A DNA stretch of 11,425 bases. Origin: Sandaracinaceae bacterium. GTDB lineage: Bacteria; Myxococcota_A; Polyangia; Polyangiales; Sandaracinaceae. The stretch lies in contig JBGAQA010000149.1 in NCBI GenBank assembly GCA_044220955.1, positions 1 to 11,425 of the forward strand, given 5' to 3'. This document shows, in pieces, positions 1 to 9,169 of this stretch. A model generated the notes under the pieces. That model ran no database searches. It saw only the letters and a list, made by a program, of their open reading frames with translations, and was not told the origin of the DNA. The first letter of the stretch is position 1; each line of letters begins with the position of its first letter. Position numbers and translations under genes: made by a program.

Positions 1-32
1 GCCGGGGCGTACGTCGAGCCCGGCGCCTCGCG

Positions 33-1001
33 CTACCCGAAGCGGTACCAGTGCATGCGGCCATCGAAATAGGTGATGCGGCCGCGCGTGCCGCGCGGAG
101 CGCGCTCGCCCGCGTGGACCTCGTCCGGCGTGAGGCCGCCGTACGACGAGTGCGGGCGGTCGCGGTTGTAGAAGACCACGAAGTCCCGGCAGGAGCGGTC
201 GATCTGCGCGAGCGACGCGAAGAGCCAGACGTGCGCGAACACCGTCCGCTTGAACGTGCCGAAGAGGCGCTCGATGCGGCCGTTGGTCCACGGGTGCCGC
301 GGACGCGTCGTCGTGTGGTCGACGCTCCGCTCCACGAGAAACGCCCGCGTCGCGAACGAAGTGAACTGCCCGCCGTTGTCCGTGAGCAGCCGATCGGGTC
401 GCCCGTGGCGCTCGAACGCGCGGTCGAGCACGCCGATCACGGCGGCCGAAGTCGGCGCGAGCACGCGCTCGAGCGCGACGAGGCGGCTGCCGTGGTAGTC
501 GACCACGCACACGAGCCACACCGGGAAGAAGCCGAGCAGCCACACGAGCGTGAGGTCCGCGCCCCAGAGCTCGAGCGCGCGCTTCACCCGGATCCGGCGC
601 CGCGATCGCTGGCGCTCGCGCGCCATCTCCGCGATCCGCACGCGCTCGCGGCGCAGGATCTTGCGCACGGTCTCCCGGTGGAGGCGGAAACCGCGGACGC
701 GACGCAGGAGCTGCGCGAGGCTGCCGGCGCCGAGCTCGGGATGCTCGGCGCGGAGGCGTGCCACCTCGTCTTCGACGTGCGGCGGCGTGCGATTCCAGGG
801 CGGCCTCCTGGGCACGGAGAACGGGTGCCGACGCGCCGCGGGGCCGACGACGCGGTCGAGCAGGCGGCGCAGCGAGGCGAGCAGCCGCCGTCCCTGCTTG
901 TCGGCCCACCGACGGTGGTCGTCGATCGCGATGGCGACGCGCAGACACGCGCGGATGACCGCGAAGCAGAGCCACGAGTGCGCGCGAAGGGCGGGCTTCA
1001 T
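33..1001 (-). CDS. DDE integrase-core (rve) transposase, IS481/IS3-superfamily-like
   Basis: Catalytic triad WGAD...LLTDNGGQF...TNGRIERLFGTFK, with 35 residues between D and E and K at E+7. C-terminal FYNRDRPHSSYGGLTP motif. HTH-like segment RTPPHVEDEVARLRAEHPELG...ETVRKILRR. Single uninterrupted frame. Confidence 0.9.
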   Translation of the reverse strand: MKPALRAHSWLCFAVIRACLRVAIAIDDHRRWADKQGRRLLASLRRLLDRVVGPAARRHPFSVPRRPPWNRTPPHVEDEVARLRAEHPELGAGSLAQLLRRVRGFRLHRETVRKILRRERVRIAEMARERQRSRRRIRVKRALELWGADLTLVWLLGFFPVWLVCVVDYHGSRLVALERVLAPTSAAVIGVLDRAFERHGRPDRLLTDNGGQFTSFATRAFLVERSVDHTTTRPRHPWTNGRIERLFGTFKRTVFAHVWLFASLAQIDRSCRDFVVFYNRDRPHSSYGGLTPDEVHAGERAPRGTRGRITYFDGRMHWYRFG

Positions 1002-1100
1002 GTGGCGAGGATCTCGCGCGCCCGCGCCAACGGGCTCGAACGTGCGGCGCTCGCGCGCCGCGCTGTTTCCCGAGAGGCGCGGCGCCTGCGGCGCCGCGCG

Positions 1101-1160
1101 GATGGCACCGCCGCGGTCGACGACGACGGCGACGGTCTCGTCGACGAGGATCTCGCCTTC
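1101..1160 (+). pseudogene. Possible gene fragment encoding a myxobacterial DxDxDGxVDE repeat motif
   Basis: Translates as DGTAAVDDDGDGLVDEDLAF, resembling the DG.DNDCDG.VDE (Cu-binding_MopE-like) repeat of myxobacterial surface proteins. No credible start codon or ORF of its own. Confidence 0.4.
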
Positions 1161-1194
1161 GTGACCCCGGCGTCGGTGAACGTCCCGGCGACGA

Positions 1195-2193
1195 CTACAT
1201 CGACATCACGACCTGCGGCGCGGAGCCGTTGACCCCCCAGAACATCACCACGCCGTCGGCCCGCACGACCACCGACCCGTTCTGCGCGACCGCGACGTCG
1301 ACGACCGCGTCGACACCGGCCACGGCCGCCGGCGTGGGGTGCATCATCATGTCGGTGGTCCCGAGGCCCAGCTGCCCGTGGTCGTTCATGCCCCAGCAGC
1401 TCACCGAGCCGCCGGTGTGGAGCGCGCAGCAGTGCCGGTCGGCGCACGCCAGGTCCACCGCGTCGCTGATCCCGGTGACCTCCGAAACCGTCCATGCCGC
1501 CTGCCGCCGGACTTGCTGCACGTGCCCGTCGGCCAGCCGTACACCACCCACGAGGTCGCCGAGCTCCACCTGCGCTGCCCCGGCGACTCCGGGGATCGTC
1601 TCCACGGCCTGGAAGTCCAGGGTCCCGGCGAACGTCGCGCACTGCACCTCGCCCGTGGCGACGACGGCGCAGCCCACGAGGCCGTGCGTGGTGCCCTGCG
1701 TGGCTCCCGCGATGCCCGCGACCGGGGCGTACGTCGGCGAAGACCCGCGCCACCGGACCGAGCCGTCGGTGCCCACCGCCCAGTACACCCGCTCGTTGTC
1801 GAAGCGCGCGACGCCCGCGAGCCCGCTCACCGGCGTGACCGGCATCGCCGCATCCGGGTTGAGCGCGACGACGGTGCCGTCGTCGAGCACGGCGTGGCGC
1901 GCGTTCGGCGCCAGCAGCGCGACGGAGGTCAGACCGGCGAGCGGCGCGAGCTGAGGTGAGGCGAGCTGGGTCGAGAAGCACTCGACGGTCCCGCCCGAGC
2001 GACGGACGCAGGCGAACTGGTCGTGCATGCCCACCTGACCGTCGCGGGGCGTCCCCGAGGGCCGGCCGCCGTCGGTGCCCGTGTCCGGCGAGCTCACCGC
2101 GTCGATGCCCCCCGAGCCGGCGTCACTGGGACTGGCCGGACTGCTGCACGCGACGACCAGAAGCAGCGCACCGAGAGACATTCCTTCGCGCAT
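1195..2193 (-). CDS. RCC1/BLIP-II-like beta-propeller lipoprotein
   Basis: Start trimmed from the 1195..2580 ORF to [16 protein letters not shown] (lipobox-like VVAC; alternative start 2181; AAGGA about 8 nt upstream of 2193). S/D/G linker, then RCC1-type repeats [49 protein letters not shown] and [13 protein letters not shown]. Confidence 0.85.
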   Translation of the reverse strand: MREGMSLGALLLVVACSSPASPSDAGSGGIDAVSSPDTGTDGGRPSGTPRDGQVGMHDQFACVRRSGGTVECFSTQLASPQLAPLAGLTSVALLAPNARHAVLDDGTVVALNPDAAMPVTPVSGLAGVARFDNERVYWAVGTDGSVRWRGSSPTYAPVAGIAGATQGTTHGLVGCAVVATGEVQCATFAGTLDFQAVETIPGVAGAAQVELGDLVGGVRLADGHVQQVRRQAAWTVSEVTGISDAVDLACADRHCCALHTGGSVSCWGMNDHGQLGLGTTDMMMHPTPAAVAGVDAVVDVAVAQNGSVVVRADGVVMFWGVNGSAPQVVMSM

Positions 2194-2338
2194 TCCCCGA
2201 TTCCTTCCCACGCGCCGCCGGGCGCGACTCGAGCTCCGACCCCGTCGTACGGGACGGGACACGGCAACGGGTACGCCGGCTCCGATGGCGCGAGTTGATG
2301 CGCCACAAGGCGCGCCCGCTTGCCCAACAGGACAAGAG

Positions 2339-2519
<181 letters not shown>

Positions 2520-2606
2520 CGAGCTCGCTGGCCCGGTCCGTGCTCTCTCCGGCACGCACGGTTCCGTCGCGGCACGCCACGACACAGCTCCGAGGTCGTC
2601 TTCACC

Positions 2607-3725
2607 ATGCGCCCCGTCCTCGCTTCGCTCCTGCTCGCGCTCCTCTCCTTCCCCGGGTCGCCGACCCCTGCCTCCGCGTGCAGCTGCTCCATCACGCCGG
2701 GCCCACAACAGAGTCCGGCCTCGCCCTGGTTCGCCGCCGACGGGTTCCCGACCAACGGCCTCTTCACCTCCTCCCTGGAGTGGCACGACGCAGGGGGCCG
2801 CCGCTTCGCCCTCGTCCGGGACGCGTCGCTCAGCGCGTCGCTCGGCTTCGAGGTGCGCCGCCCCACGAGCCCGCCCGCCGAGGGCACGACGCTCTTCCCG
2901 GACGACGACTGTCCCGCCACCGGCACCTGCCGGCACGCGCTCGTCTTCGGGCCCGCAGACACGACGCCTCCCTCGGTCGCAGATCTCGTCGACGTGACCG
3001 TCTTCCTCTCGGACGACGCGCCCGCGACGGGCCGCAGCTGTCAGGTGGATGCGCTCGTGCTCGAGGTCGCCGGCACCGACGACCGCACGCCGATCGAGCA
3101 GCTCGTCACGGTCGTGTTCGTCGGCGCGACGGAGGCCGAGGCGACGGCGAGCACGACGCCCGCGCTCGGGATGGCGTACGACCGCGGCGCGCCCGGCCGC
3201 ACGCTCGTCTCGAGCGTCGTGCTCGGCGGCGCCGAGGGGCACCAGCGCGACGGCGGACCGCTCCGCGCGACCGGCACCTTCTGCTTCACCGCCGCGCTCA
3301 TGGACACGGCGGGCAACATCGGCGCGCGTAGCGTGCCGCGCTGCCTCGACACGACCGACACCGCGGACCCCGCCGCGATGGTCGTGCCCTACGATCCTCC
3401 CTGCTCGGGCGCGTTCTGCGCGGTCTCGGCCGGCCGGCCCGCGTCGCACGGGCTGCTCGGCCTGCTCGGGCTCGCGCTGGCGGCCGCGATCGTGCGCGTT
3501 CCGAGCCGCGTTCGACGTCCTCACGCGCGGACGTGCGGGACCACGGGGAGCGGCGGCGGGATCGGGACCGGCCCGATCGAGAGTGGCGTCCACGCGCCTC
3601 CGTCGAGCCGGGCCGCCTGCGGATACGCGCGGCGCTCGGCCGACGGCTCGATCGGTTCCGCGCCGGCGGTCGAGACCACCACGAGCGCGCTACCCGCGAA
3701 GGCCGCGGCGACGCGCCCGAGGTAA
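2607..3725 (+). CDS. Secreted protein with N-terminal CxC, Ig/FN3-like signatures and MYXO-CTERM-like membrane anchor
   Basis: ATG 2607 preceded by GAGGT (2592-2596). Signal peptide [32 protein letters not shown] and DTAGN motifs. Near-terminal [39 protein letters not shown] (Cys + hydrophobic helix + Arg cluster). Stop only at 3723-3725, inside the convergent gene. Confidence 0.8.
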   Translation: MRPVLASLLLALLSFPGSPTPASACSCSITPGPQQSPASPWFAADGFPTNGLFTSSLEWHDAGGRRFALVRDASLSASLGFEVRRPTSPPAEGTTLFPDDDCPATGTCRHALVFGPADTTPPSVADLVDVTVFLSDDAPATGRSCQVDALVLEVAGTDDRTPIEQLVTVVFVGATEAEATASTTPALGMAYDRGAPGRTLVSSVVLGGAEGHQRDGGPLRATGTFCFTAALMDTAGNIGARSVPRCLDTTDTADPAAMVVPYDPPCSGAFCAVSAGRPASHGLLGLLGLALAAAIVRVPSRVRRPHARTCGTTGSGGGIGTGPIESGVHAPPSSRAACGYARRSADGSIGSAPAVETTTSALPAKAAATRPR

Positions 3726-6700
3726 GGCCACGGCGCCGCGACGTCGATCCAGTCGCGCCCGCGGAGCTCGACGACGCGGACGTACCCGCCACGATCCCAG
3801 TAGCTGACCGTGTCGGTGAACGCGACGCGCGGCCGCGCGCCCCACGTGACGGCGAGCACCTCCGTGTGCGCGTAGGGGCTGCTGGCGACGATCTCGGGGC
3901 CGACCGGCCGGACGTTCGCGCCGACGGACTCCAGCACGACGACGTGTGGCAGCGGTCGCGGCGCTCCGCGCGCCAGCGCAGCGTCGACCGCCCGATACGT
4001 AGGCTCGGCCGCGACGGCGAGCAGGAGGCGGCGCCCTGACGACGCGATCGTCCACGAGAGGTCGTCCGCGTCGTAGCTGCGCCGGGAGGACAGCGCGAAC
4101 GAGCCACGGGCGCGCAGCTCCGCGCCCACGCTCTCGAACGCGTCGAGCGAACAGCCGCCCTCGTCGTGCGCCGCCTCGTCGTCGCAGAGCACGACGCCGA
4201 GCGCGATGTCTCCCGACACGAGCCGCAGGGCAGCTGCGCCCGCCGGCGTGCGCGCCCCGGTGTCGAGCGCGCGCCTGGCGCCGTCGTCACCCACGCGGAT
4301 CGTCACTCGCCCGCGCCCCTCCGCCTGCGCCGTGGACACGAGCAGGGCCGCCGGGCCAGCGCTCGCGTCGCCCCCGCCGACTCCGGAGGCCGTCCAGAGC
4401 GTCAGGCCGTCGTCGGTCTGGACGCTCGCGGCCGGCTGCGCGGCACCAGGCACGAAGCGCGGTCGCTCTCCATCGGTCGCGCCGTGTGCCGCCGTGACCG
4501 TCGCGCCGAGCGACCAGGCGTCGCCGCGCAAGAGACCCGGGACGTGCGCCCCCGAGTACCCGAGCACCACGCCCAGGGTGCCGTCGGACGTCCTGCCCAG
4601 GGCCACGCTTCCGCGTGGCGGCGAGGCGCGACCATCGGGCCCGTGCGCGACGACGCTACATCGCACCGCGAGGACCCCCGCGGGCGACACGAGCGTGCCC
4701 GCGAGGCCTCCGTCTCCGATCTGCACCTCGAGACCTGCTCGATCGAGGTCCGTCACCGGATCGTGCGCGCTGCGCACCTCGCCCACGACGGTCGCTCCGC
4801 GCAGGCACGCGCTTCCGTCCGCGGACAGCCGGGTGATCGGGCTCGCCACCGCGTCGTCGTCCACGCCGGTGTCGATCGCGACGAAGGCGGGGTCCGGCGC
4901 GCTCTCTTCGAGCCAGCCGGCGAGCTCGACGTCCCACGGGTCGCCGGCGCCGCACACGCGCGTCACCCACGCGGGCGGCCGCGCGAGCGCGAGCGGCGCG
5001 CTCGCGTCGATCGGGAGAAACGCGAGGTCACCCGCGAGGCGCGCCGTCACGATCCCGACGCGCCCGGCGCGGTCGACGGCCAGCGCGCGCGCGCTCGAGA
5101 CGGGTCCCGACTCGAACGCGCGGTGGCGGACGCTTCCGTCCGGCCCGACGACCAGGACCAGGTCCGCGCTCGCATCCACGAGGAACTCGCCGTGCGCGCC
5201 GTCGGCCACGCGGACGGCGATGGAGCCGTCGGCCAGCGGCAGCACCTCGCGCACCCGTGGGCGCGCGACCCAGCTCGTCACGAGCTCGGTCGGGAGCGGC
5301 AGCCGGAGCGGGGCGAAGCCGGCGCCGAGGGCCACCAGATCGATGGCGAGCGGCGGGTAGGGACCGTCGTCGTCGCGCTGCCGCTCGAGCAACGCGACGC
5401 CCGGCGTCACGGCGAGCAGGCGCGTCGTCACGCGCGAGGGCGAGCGCTCGTCCGTCGGCGCGGCCATCGGCGCGACGTCGCCGGCGCGGAGGCGCACCTC
5501 GAAAGGCGCGCCGGCGTGGATGCCGCCGGCCCGGCCGGCGAGCGGTCCCGCGGTCCACGCGTCCGCGCTCGGGCCTTCGATCGACACCCACCCGTTCGCC
5601 ACGAGCAAGCGCGCCGAGGGAGCGCCAGGCGCGCCCGGGAGCGGATGTCCGCTCCACCGATGCGGCACCTCGCACGAGAGCGCGCTCCGCGCGAGCGGGA
5701 GCGACGGGTCGGCCACGTCCCGACCGTCGGTGTGGCCACGAACCACCACGCGCGGGAACGGCGAGCCCCCGGCCGGCAGCCAGATCCCGGCTCCGAAGAA
5801 GCACGACCGGCCGCGGCACCGCGCCGCCGTGCCCGCCGAGAGCGGCCAGGGCGCGTCCGCGATCTCCCAGGTGCCGCCGCCGTCGCTGCTGAGCCAGAGC
5901 GCTTCGTCCTCGATCCACAGGTGCGCGCGATCGAGCGCGCCGGCAGATCGGATCTCTTCCCGGGTGAGCGCGGGAGGCGTGATCTCCGTGGTCCCGGATC
6001 GGGCGCTGCCGACGAAGAGCCTGTGCGTGCCGCGCTCGGTCACGAGCAGGGTCCCATCGACGGCCGGCTCGCGGAGCAGGGATGGGTGCACACCCTCCGG
6101 GGTGCCGAGCGGCGCGCGTGCCCCGGTCTCGGGGTCGATCACGACGACCGCGGGCTCGTCGTGATCGCGCTCGAGGCCGGCGACGAGGAGCCCCTCCGAC
6201 CAGCCGAAGCTCGCACCCCGGAGATCCGCGACGGCCTCGTCGTGCGCTCCTCGCGGCGAGCCGACGCAGAGCGCGCCCCGCTCCACGCCGCCGTCGTCGC
6301 CAGCGCTGCACGCACCGAGCACGGCGAAGGAGTCGCTCGTTGGATCGATCGCGAACGCGCGCACCCTCGTGACGCCGCCGATCCGCTCCCAGGAGGAGCC
6401 CGGCCCTTCGGTGCGGTACAGACCGTTCTCGCACCCGATCACGATCGCCTCTCCCCGGAAGCGGGGGTCCGTGCACGCCTCGCCCGGTGGCGGGAGCGCG
6501 GCCCCTCCGGGGAGCACGACCAGCCCGTCGCCGCGTCGGACGACGATGCGTCCGCCGTCCGACATGCCGCTGACGATCTCGTCGGCGTCGTCGACCGCAT
6601 CGAGCACCCGCCGCTCGATCTCGGCGGCGAGCGCGGCCGGCGCGGCGCGCGGCGGCGGCGGACGGCCCGTGTCGCGCACACTGCCCTCTTCGGTCACGGC

Positions 6701-7378
6701 GAAGCAGCGCCCGAGCGAGGTCACGACGTGCGGCACGCCGTCTTCCGAGAAGACACGGCTCGCGGTGCCCGCGTCCTCGGGGAGCGTGATGAGCTCGAAG
6801 TGCGCGCCGCCATCGTGGGTCACCTGGACGCCGCCCCCGGCATCGACGTAGAGGCCGAGCGAGGCGCTCGCGAACGTCGCGTCGACGACGGGCAGCGCCG
6901 ACTCCACCCGGCGCACGTCGATCTCGCCCGCGACGAAGAGCCGCGCGTTCACGTCGAGGATCGCCAGACGCCTTTCGCGCGACAGGACGCGCCCGAGCGG
7001 CGATCCCCCGAGGTCCCCGACGGGCGCCAGCGTCCCGAGCGGGCTCGCGGCCCGGAACACCTCGCCCGCGCGAGTGAGGAAGACCCACGCGTCCTCGATG
7101 CGCGCGATCGCGGTGATGGGCGACGCGGTGAGGTCTCCGGCAGAAGCGACCTCGGTCCCCTCGACGCGCACGCGCATGCCGCACACCGTGACGACCCAGC
7201 CCGCTCCGTCGGGGTGTGCCGCCTCGACCGAGCAGGCGTCGTGCGAGGGCAGGAGCGCGAGCTCCCACGCTGCCGGTGCGGCGGCCGGCGGTGGATCGGC
7301 CGGCGTCGCGCTCGTGAGCGACGTCGCGCCACAGCCAGCGAGCAGGAGCAGCGCGACCAGTCCGCGGGAGATTCGCAT
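3521..7378 (-). CDS. Large (1285 aa) lipoprotein with BNR/Asp-box repeats, probable beta-propeller domains, function unknown
   Basis: Lipoprotein signal [16 protein letters not shown] and Pro/Ala linker. Asp-box-like motifs [18 protein letters not shown] and LSSDGGGTW. Protein-like composition, unlike the Arg-rich antisense ORFs. Confidence 0.85.
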   Translation of the reverse strand: MRISRGLVALLLLAGCGATSLTSATPADPPPAAAPAAWELALLPSHDACSVEAAHPDGAGWVVTVCGMRVRVEGTEVASAGDLTASPITAIARIEDAWVFLTRAGEVFRAASPLGTLAPVGDLGGSPLGRVLSRERRLAILDVNARLFVAGEIDVRRVESALPVVDATFASASLGLYVDAGGGVQVTHDGGAHFELITLPEDAGTASRVFSEDGVPHVVTSLGRCFAVTEEGSVRDTGRPPPPRAAPAALAAEIERRVLDAVDDADEIVSGMSDGGRIVVRRGDGLVVLPGGAALPPPGEACTDPRFRGEAIVIGCENGLYRTEGPGSSWERIGGVTRVRAFAIDPTSDSFAVLGACSAGDDGGVERGALCVGSPRGAHDEAVADLRGASFGWSEGLLVAGLERDHDEPAVVVIDPETGARAPLGTPEGVHPSLLREPAVDGTLLVTERGTHRLFVGSARSGTTEITPPALTREEIRSAGALDRAHLWIEDEALWLSSDGGGTWEIADAPWPLSAGTAARCRGRSCFFGAGIWLPAGGSPFPRVVVRGHTDGRDVADPSLPLARSALSCEVPHRWSGHPLPGAPGAPSARLLVANGWVSIEGPSADAWTAGPLAGRAGGIHAGAPFEVRLRAGDVAPMAAPTDERSPSRVTTRLLAVTPGVALLERQRDDDGPYPPLAIDLVALGAGFAPLRLPLPTELVTSWVARPRVREVLPLADGSIAVRVADGAHGEFLVDASADLVLVVGPDGSVRHRAFESGPVSSARALAVDRAGRVGIVTARLAGDLAFLPIDASAPLALARPPAWVTRVCGAGDPWDVELAGWLEESAPDPAFVAIDTGVDDDAVASPITRLSADGSACLRGATVVGEVRSAHDPVTDLDRAGLEVQIGDGGLAGTLVSPAGVLAVRCSVVAHGPDGRASPPRGSVALGRTSDGTLGVVLGYSGAHVPGLLRGDAWSLGATVTAAHGATDGERPRFVPGAAQPAASVQTDDGLTLWTASGVGGGDASAGPAALLVSTAQAEGRGRVTIRVGDDGARRALDTGARTPAGAAALRLVSGDIALGVVLCDDEAAHDEGGCSLDAFESVGAELRARGSFALSSRRSYDADDLSWTIASSGRRLLLAVAAEPTYRAVDAALARGAPRPLPHVVVLESVGANVRPVGPEIVASSPYAHTEVLAVTWGARPRVAFTDTVSYWDRGGYVRVVELRGRDWIDVAAPWPYLGRVAAAFAGSALVVVSTAGAEPIEPSAERRAYPQAARLDGGAWTPLSIGPVPIPPPLPVVPHVRA

Positions 7379-7386
7379 GCGCGCCG

Positions 7387-7392
7387 AGGATA
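7387..7392 (-). promoter_or_regulatory. Putative -10 element (TATCCT) of a leaderless transcript
   Basis: TANNNT hexamer 8 nt upstream of the ATG at 7378. No Shine-Dalgarno sequence in between. Confidence 0.5.
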
Positions 7393-7489
7393 CGCGGAAT
7401 GCCGAGGGCGACGGTCGTGGGCATGCGCGTCGGCTCCGCCGAGCTCACCGAGACGAGGCGGGCGCGCGGGTCGCGCCGGGCTCAGCTGC

Positions 7490-8056
7490 TCAGGGGAAGC
7501 ACTCGCGCGATCGAGAGTTGAAGCAGCTCTGATAGGCGGTCATGTTGGCCAGGAGGCAGTCGTTCAGCGCGCTCGTCTGCGTCGAGCACGGCGTCGGATC
7601 TCCCGGGTTCGCCATGAGACACGACTGGTGTGCCGAGACCTCGGACGGGCAAGAGGCCTCCTGGCACGACAGGCGCTGCCAGACGTTGCAGCGCTGGCAG
7701 TCGAAGCCCTCGGCTCCCGCCGTGGTCGCCACCAGCGCCATCGGAGTCGAGTCGAATATCTCCGCCTCCGTCTGGCAGGTCTCCGTCCCGCACGCGGCCA
7801 CCGCGGCGAGGGTGTCTGCCGAGCACCGGGGAAGGCAACTCGTAGGCAACGGCGGGAACATCACGCTACCGACGACGGAGCCGCACGGGGTGGCCGCGTC
7901 GACGCCGGGGCCACCCGTGTCGGTCAGGCCACCTCCGGTGTCGGGCGTGTCGCCCGCGTCGGTTCCCGACACCGCCGCGTCGTTCGCGGGTGCCGGCGTG
8001 CTCGAGCATCCGAGCAGGACGGAGAGCGAGAAGGTGACGGTCAGAATGCGGTTCAT
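7490..8056 (-). CDS. Small cysteine-rich lipoprotein (188 aa)
   Basis: Start trimmed from the 7490..9028 ORF to MNRILTVTFSLSVLLGC (lipobox LLGC). D/T/G linker (DAAVSGTDAGDTPDTGG). 14 further Cys in the C-terminal ~130 aa. Confidence 0.85.
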   Translation of the reverse strand: MNRILTVTFSLSVLLGCSSTPAPANDAAVSGTDAGDTPDTGGGLTDTGGPGVDAATPCGSVVGSVMFPPLPTSCLPRCSADTLAAVAACGTETCQTEAEIFDSTPMALVATTAGAEGFDCQRCNVWQRLSCQEASCPSEVSAHQSCLMANPGDPTPCSTQTSALNDCLLANMTAYQSCFNSRSRECFP

Positions 8057-8063
8057 GGCGTCG

Positions 8064-8092
8064 AGGATGGACGGCGTCTCAAAGGCCCGCAA
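8064..8092 (-). promoter_or_regulatory. Putative sigma70-type promoter TTGCGG-N17-CATCCT
   Basis: On the - strand, TTGCGG (8092-8087), 17-nt spacer, CATCCT (8069-8064), then 7 nt to ATG 8056. Lies in a locally AT-richer intergenic gap. Confidence 0.5.
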
Positions 8093-8112
8093 TGATTCAG
8101 CGTGGGTATCGC

Positions 8113-9021
8113 TCACGTCTCTTCGTGGAGCCCGACGCGCTCGGCGCTGAGCTTCCAGAGGCGCGCGGCGACGAGGGGATCGTCGACGACCCGCGCCGGC
8201 TGCGCCTCGCGCGCGCTCGCGAAGTAGCGCCCGCTGACGCCCGCGAGCGACGGCTCGCACGCGACGTGGACGCTGGTCCGCGCGCCCTGCTCGGGGGTCT
8301 TGAGCACGCGGCGGGCGAGAGGCGCGAGCGCGGCCAGCACACGATTGTCGCGGGTGACGTCGGTGGACACCGAGCCGGGATGGACCGCGTTCGACGTCAC
8401 GCTCGTCTCGCGGCGGGCGAGCTCGCGCGAGAAGATCACCTGCGCGAGCTTGCTCCGGGCGTAGGCCTCGATCCCGCGGAAGCCCTCCCGGCGATCGATG
8501 GCATCGAAGTCCAGGCGGGCGCCGTGTGCCGCCACCCGCAAGCCCAGGACGTTGGCGAGGTGAACCGCCCGGCCCGTCAGAGACGCCGTCTGACCTGCCT
8601 GCGCGTGGAGGCGGGAGCTGACGTGGACGATGCGTCGATCGCCCGTCGTCTCGCGCATCCGCGGGAGCAGGAGCCGGGTCAGCAGAAAGGGCGCCAGGTG
8701 GTTCACGGCGAACGTGTCCTCGTAGCCATCGCGCGAGAGCTGGAAGTCGGGGTGCCAGACGCCCGCGTTGTTCACCAGCACGTGCAGGGGCTCGCCTCGG
8801 GCGAGCAGCCGCGCCGCGAGCGCGCGCACCTCGTCCAGGGAGGAGAAGTCCGCGCGGAACGAGACGACGTCCTCGCCGCCGATGGCCCGGACGGCCGCGG
8901 CCAGCTTGTCCTCGCTGCGTCCGACGATCCTCACCCGCATGCCGCGGCGCGCGAGCTCGCGGGCGGTCGCCAGGCCGATGCCGCCGCTCGCTCCGGTGAC
9001 CAGGCACGTCGTCGGCTCCAT
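8113..9021 (-). CDS. SDR family NAD(P)-dependent oxidoreductase (retinol dehydrogenase/WWOX-like)
   Basis: MEPTTCLVTGASGGIG (TGxxxGxG), LVNNAG, FAVNHLAPFLLT, VHVSS, catalytic YARSK, NAVHPG, KTPEQGARTS and VSGRYF. Start trimmed to ATG 9021. Confidence 0.95.
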   Translation of the reverse strand: MEPTTCLVTGASGGIGLATARELARRGMRVRIVGRSEDKLAAAVRAIGGEDVVSFRADFSSLDEVRALAARLLARGEPLHVLVNNAGVWHPDFQLSRDGYEDTFAVNHLAPFLLTRLLLPRMRETTGDRRIVHVSSRLHAQAGQTASLTGRAVHLANVLGLRVAAHGARLDFDAIDRREGFRGIEAYARSKLAQVIFSRELARRETSVTSNAVHPGSVSTDVTRDNRVLAALAPLARRVLKTPEQGARTSVHVACEPSLAGVSGRYFASAREAQPARVVDDPLVAARLWKLSAERVGLHEET

Positions 9022-9144
9022 GCCGCATGCATAGCGCACGGCACCACGTCCTGGATCGGGCGGACGCGTGGCGCGGTCGTGACCCCTCAAGGTCGGCGCC
9101 GTACCGGCCGATACCCCTCGTGGCGCCGCGACGCTCGCGCGGGC

Positions 9145-9157
9145 TATTCTAGGGAGG
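9145..9157. promoter_or_regulatory. Overlapping -10-like hexamers (TATTCT on +, TAGAAT on -) followed by AGGGAGG
   Basis: CTATTCTAG is the most conspicuous AT-rich patch between the divergent SDR and kinase genes. AGGGAGG at 9151-9157 lies 12 nt before ATG 9170. Confidence 0.45.
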
Positions 9158-9169
9158 CGGGGGACCGGC

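Noticed and set aside
23..1080. GCGCCTCGCG (23-32) / CGAGAGGCGC (1071-1080) as transposase terminal inverted repeats
   Set aside because: Only 9/10 match, almost all G/C, does not extend, and has no TG...CA ends. Expected by chance.
51..1232. 393-aa + ORF opposite the transposase
   Set aside because: Antisense shadow. Only its last ~40 codons look protein-like, and these are reported separately as a remnant.
4166..8095. 1309-aa + strand ORF (also 5028..7448 on -)
   Set aside because: Arg/Ala/Gly-rich shadow frames over the real lipoprotein genes. Stops are scarce in very high-GC DNA and there are no motifs.
9021..9043. GTGCGCTATGCATGC (- strand) as a dif-like site near xerC
   Set aside because: Slight resemblance to the XerC arm only. 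No XerD arm (TTATGTTAAAT-like).
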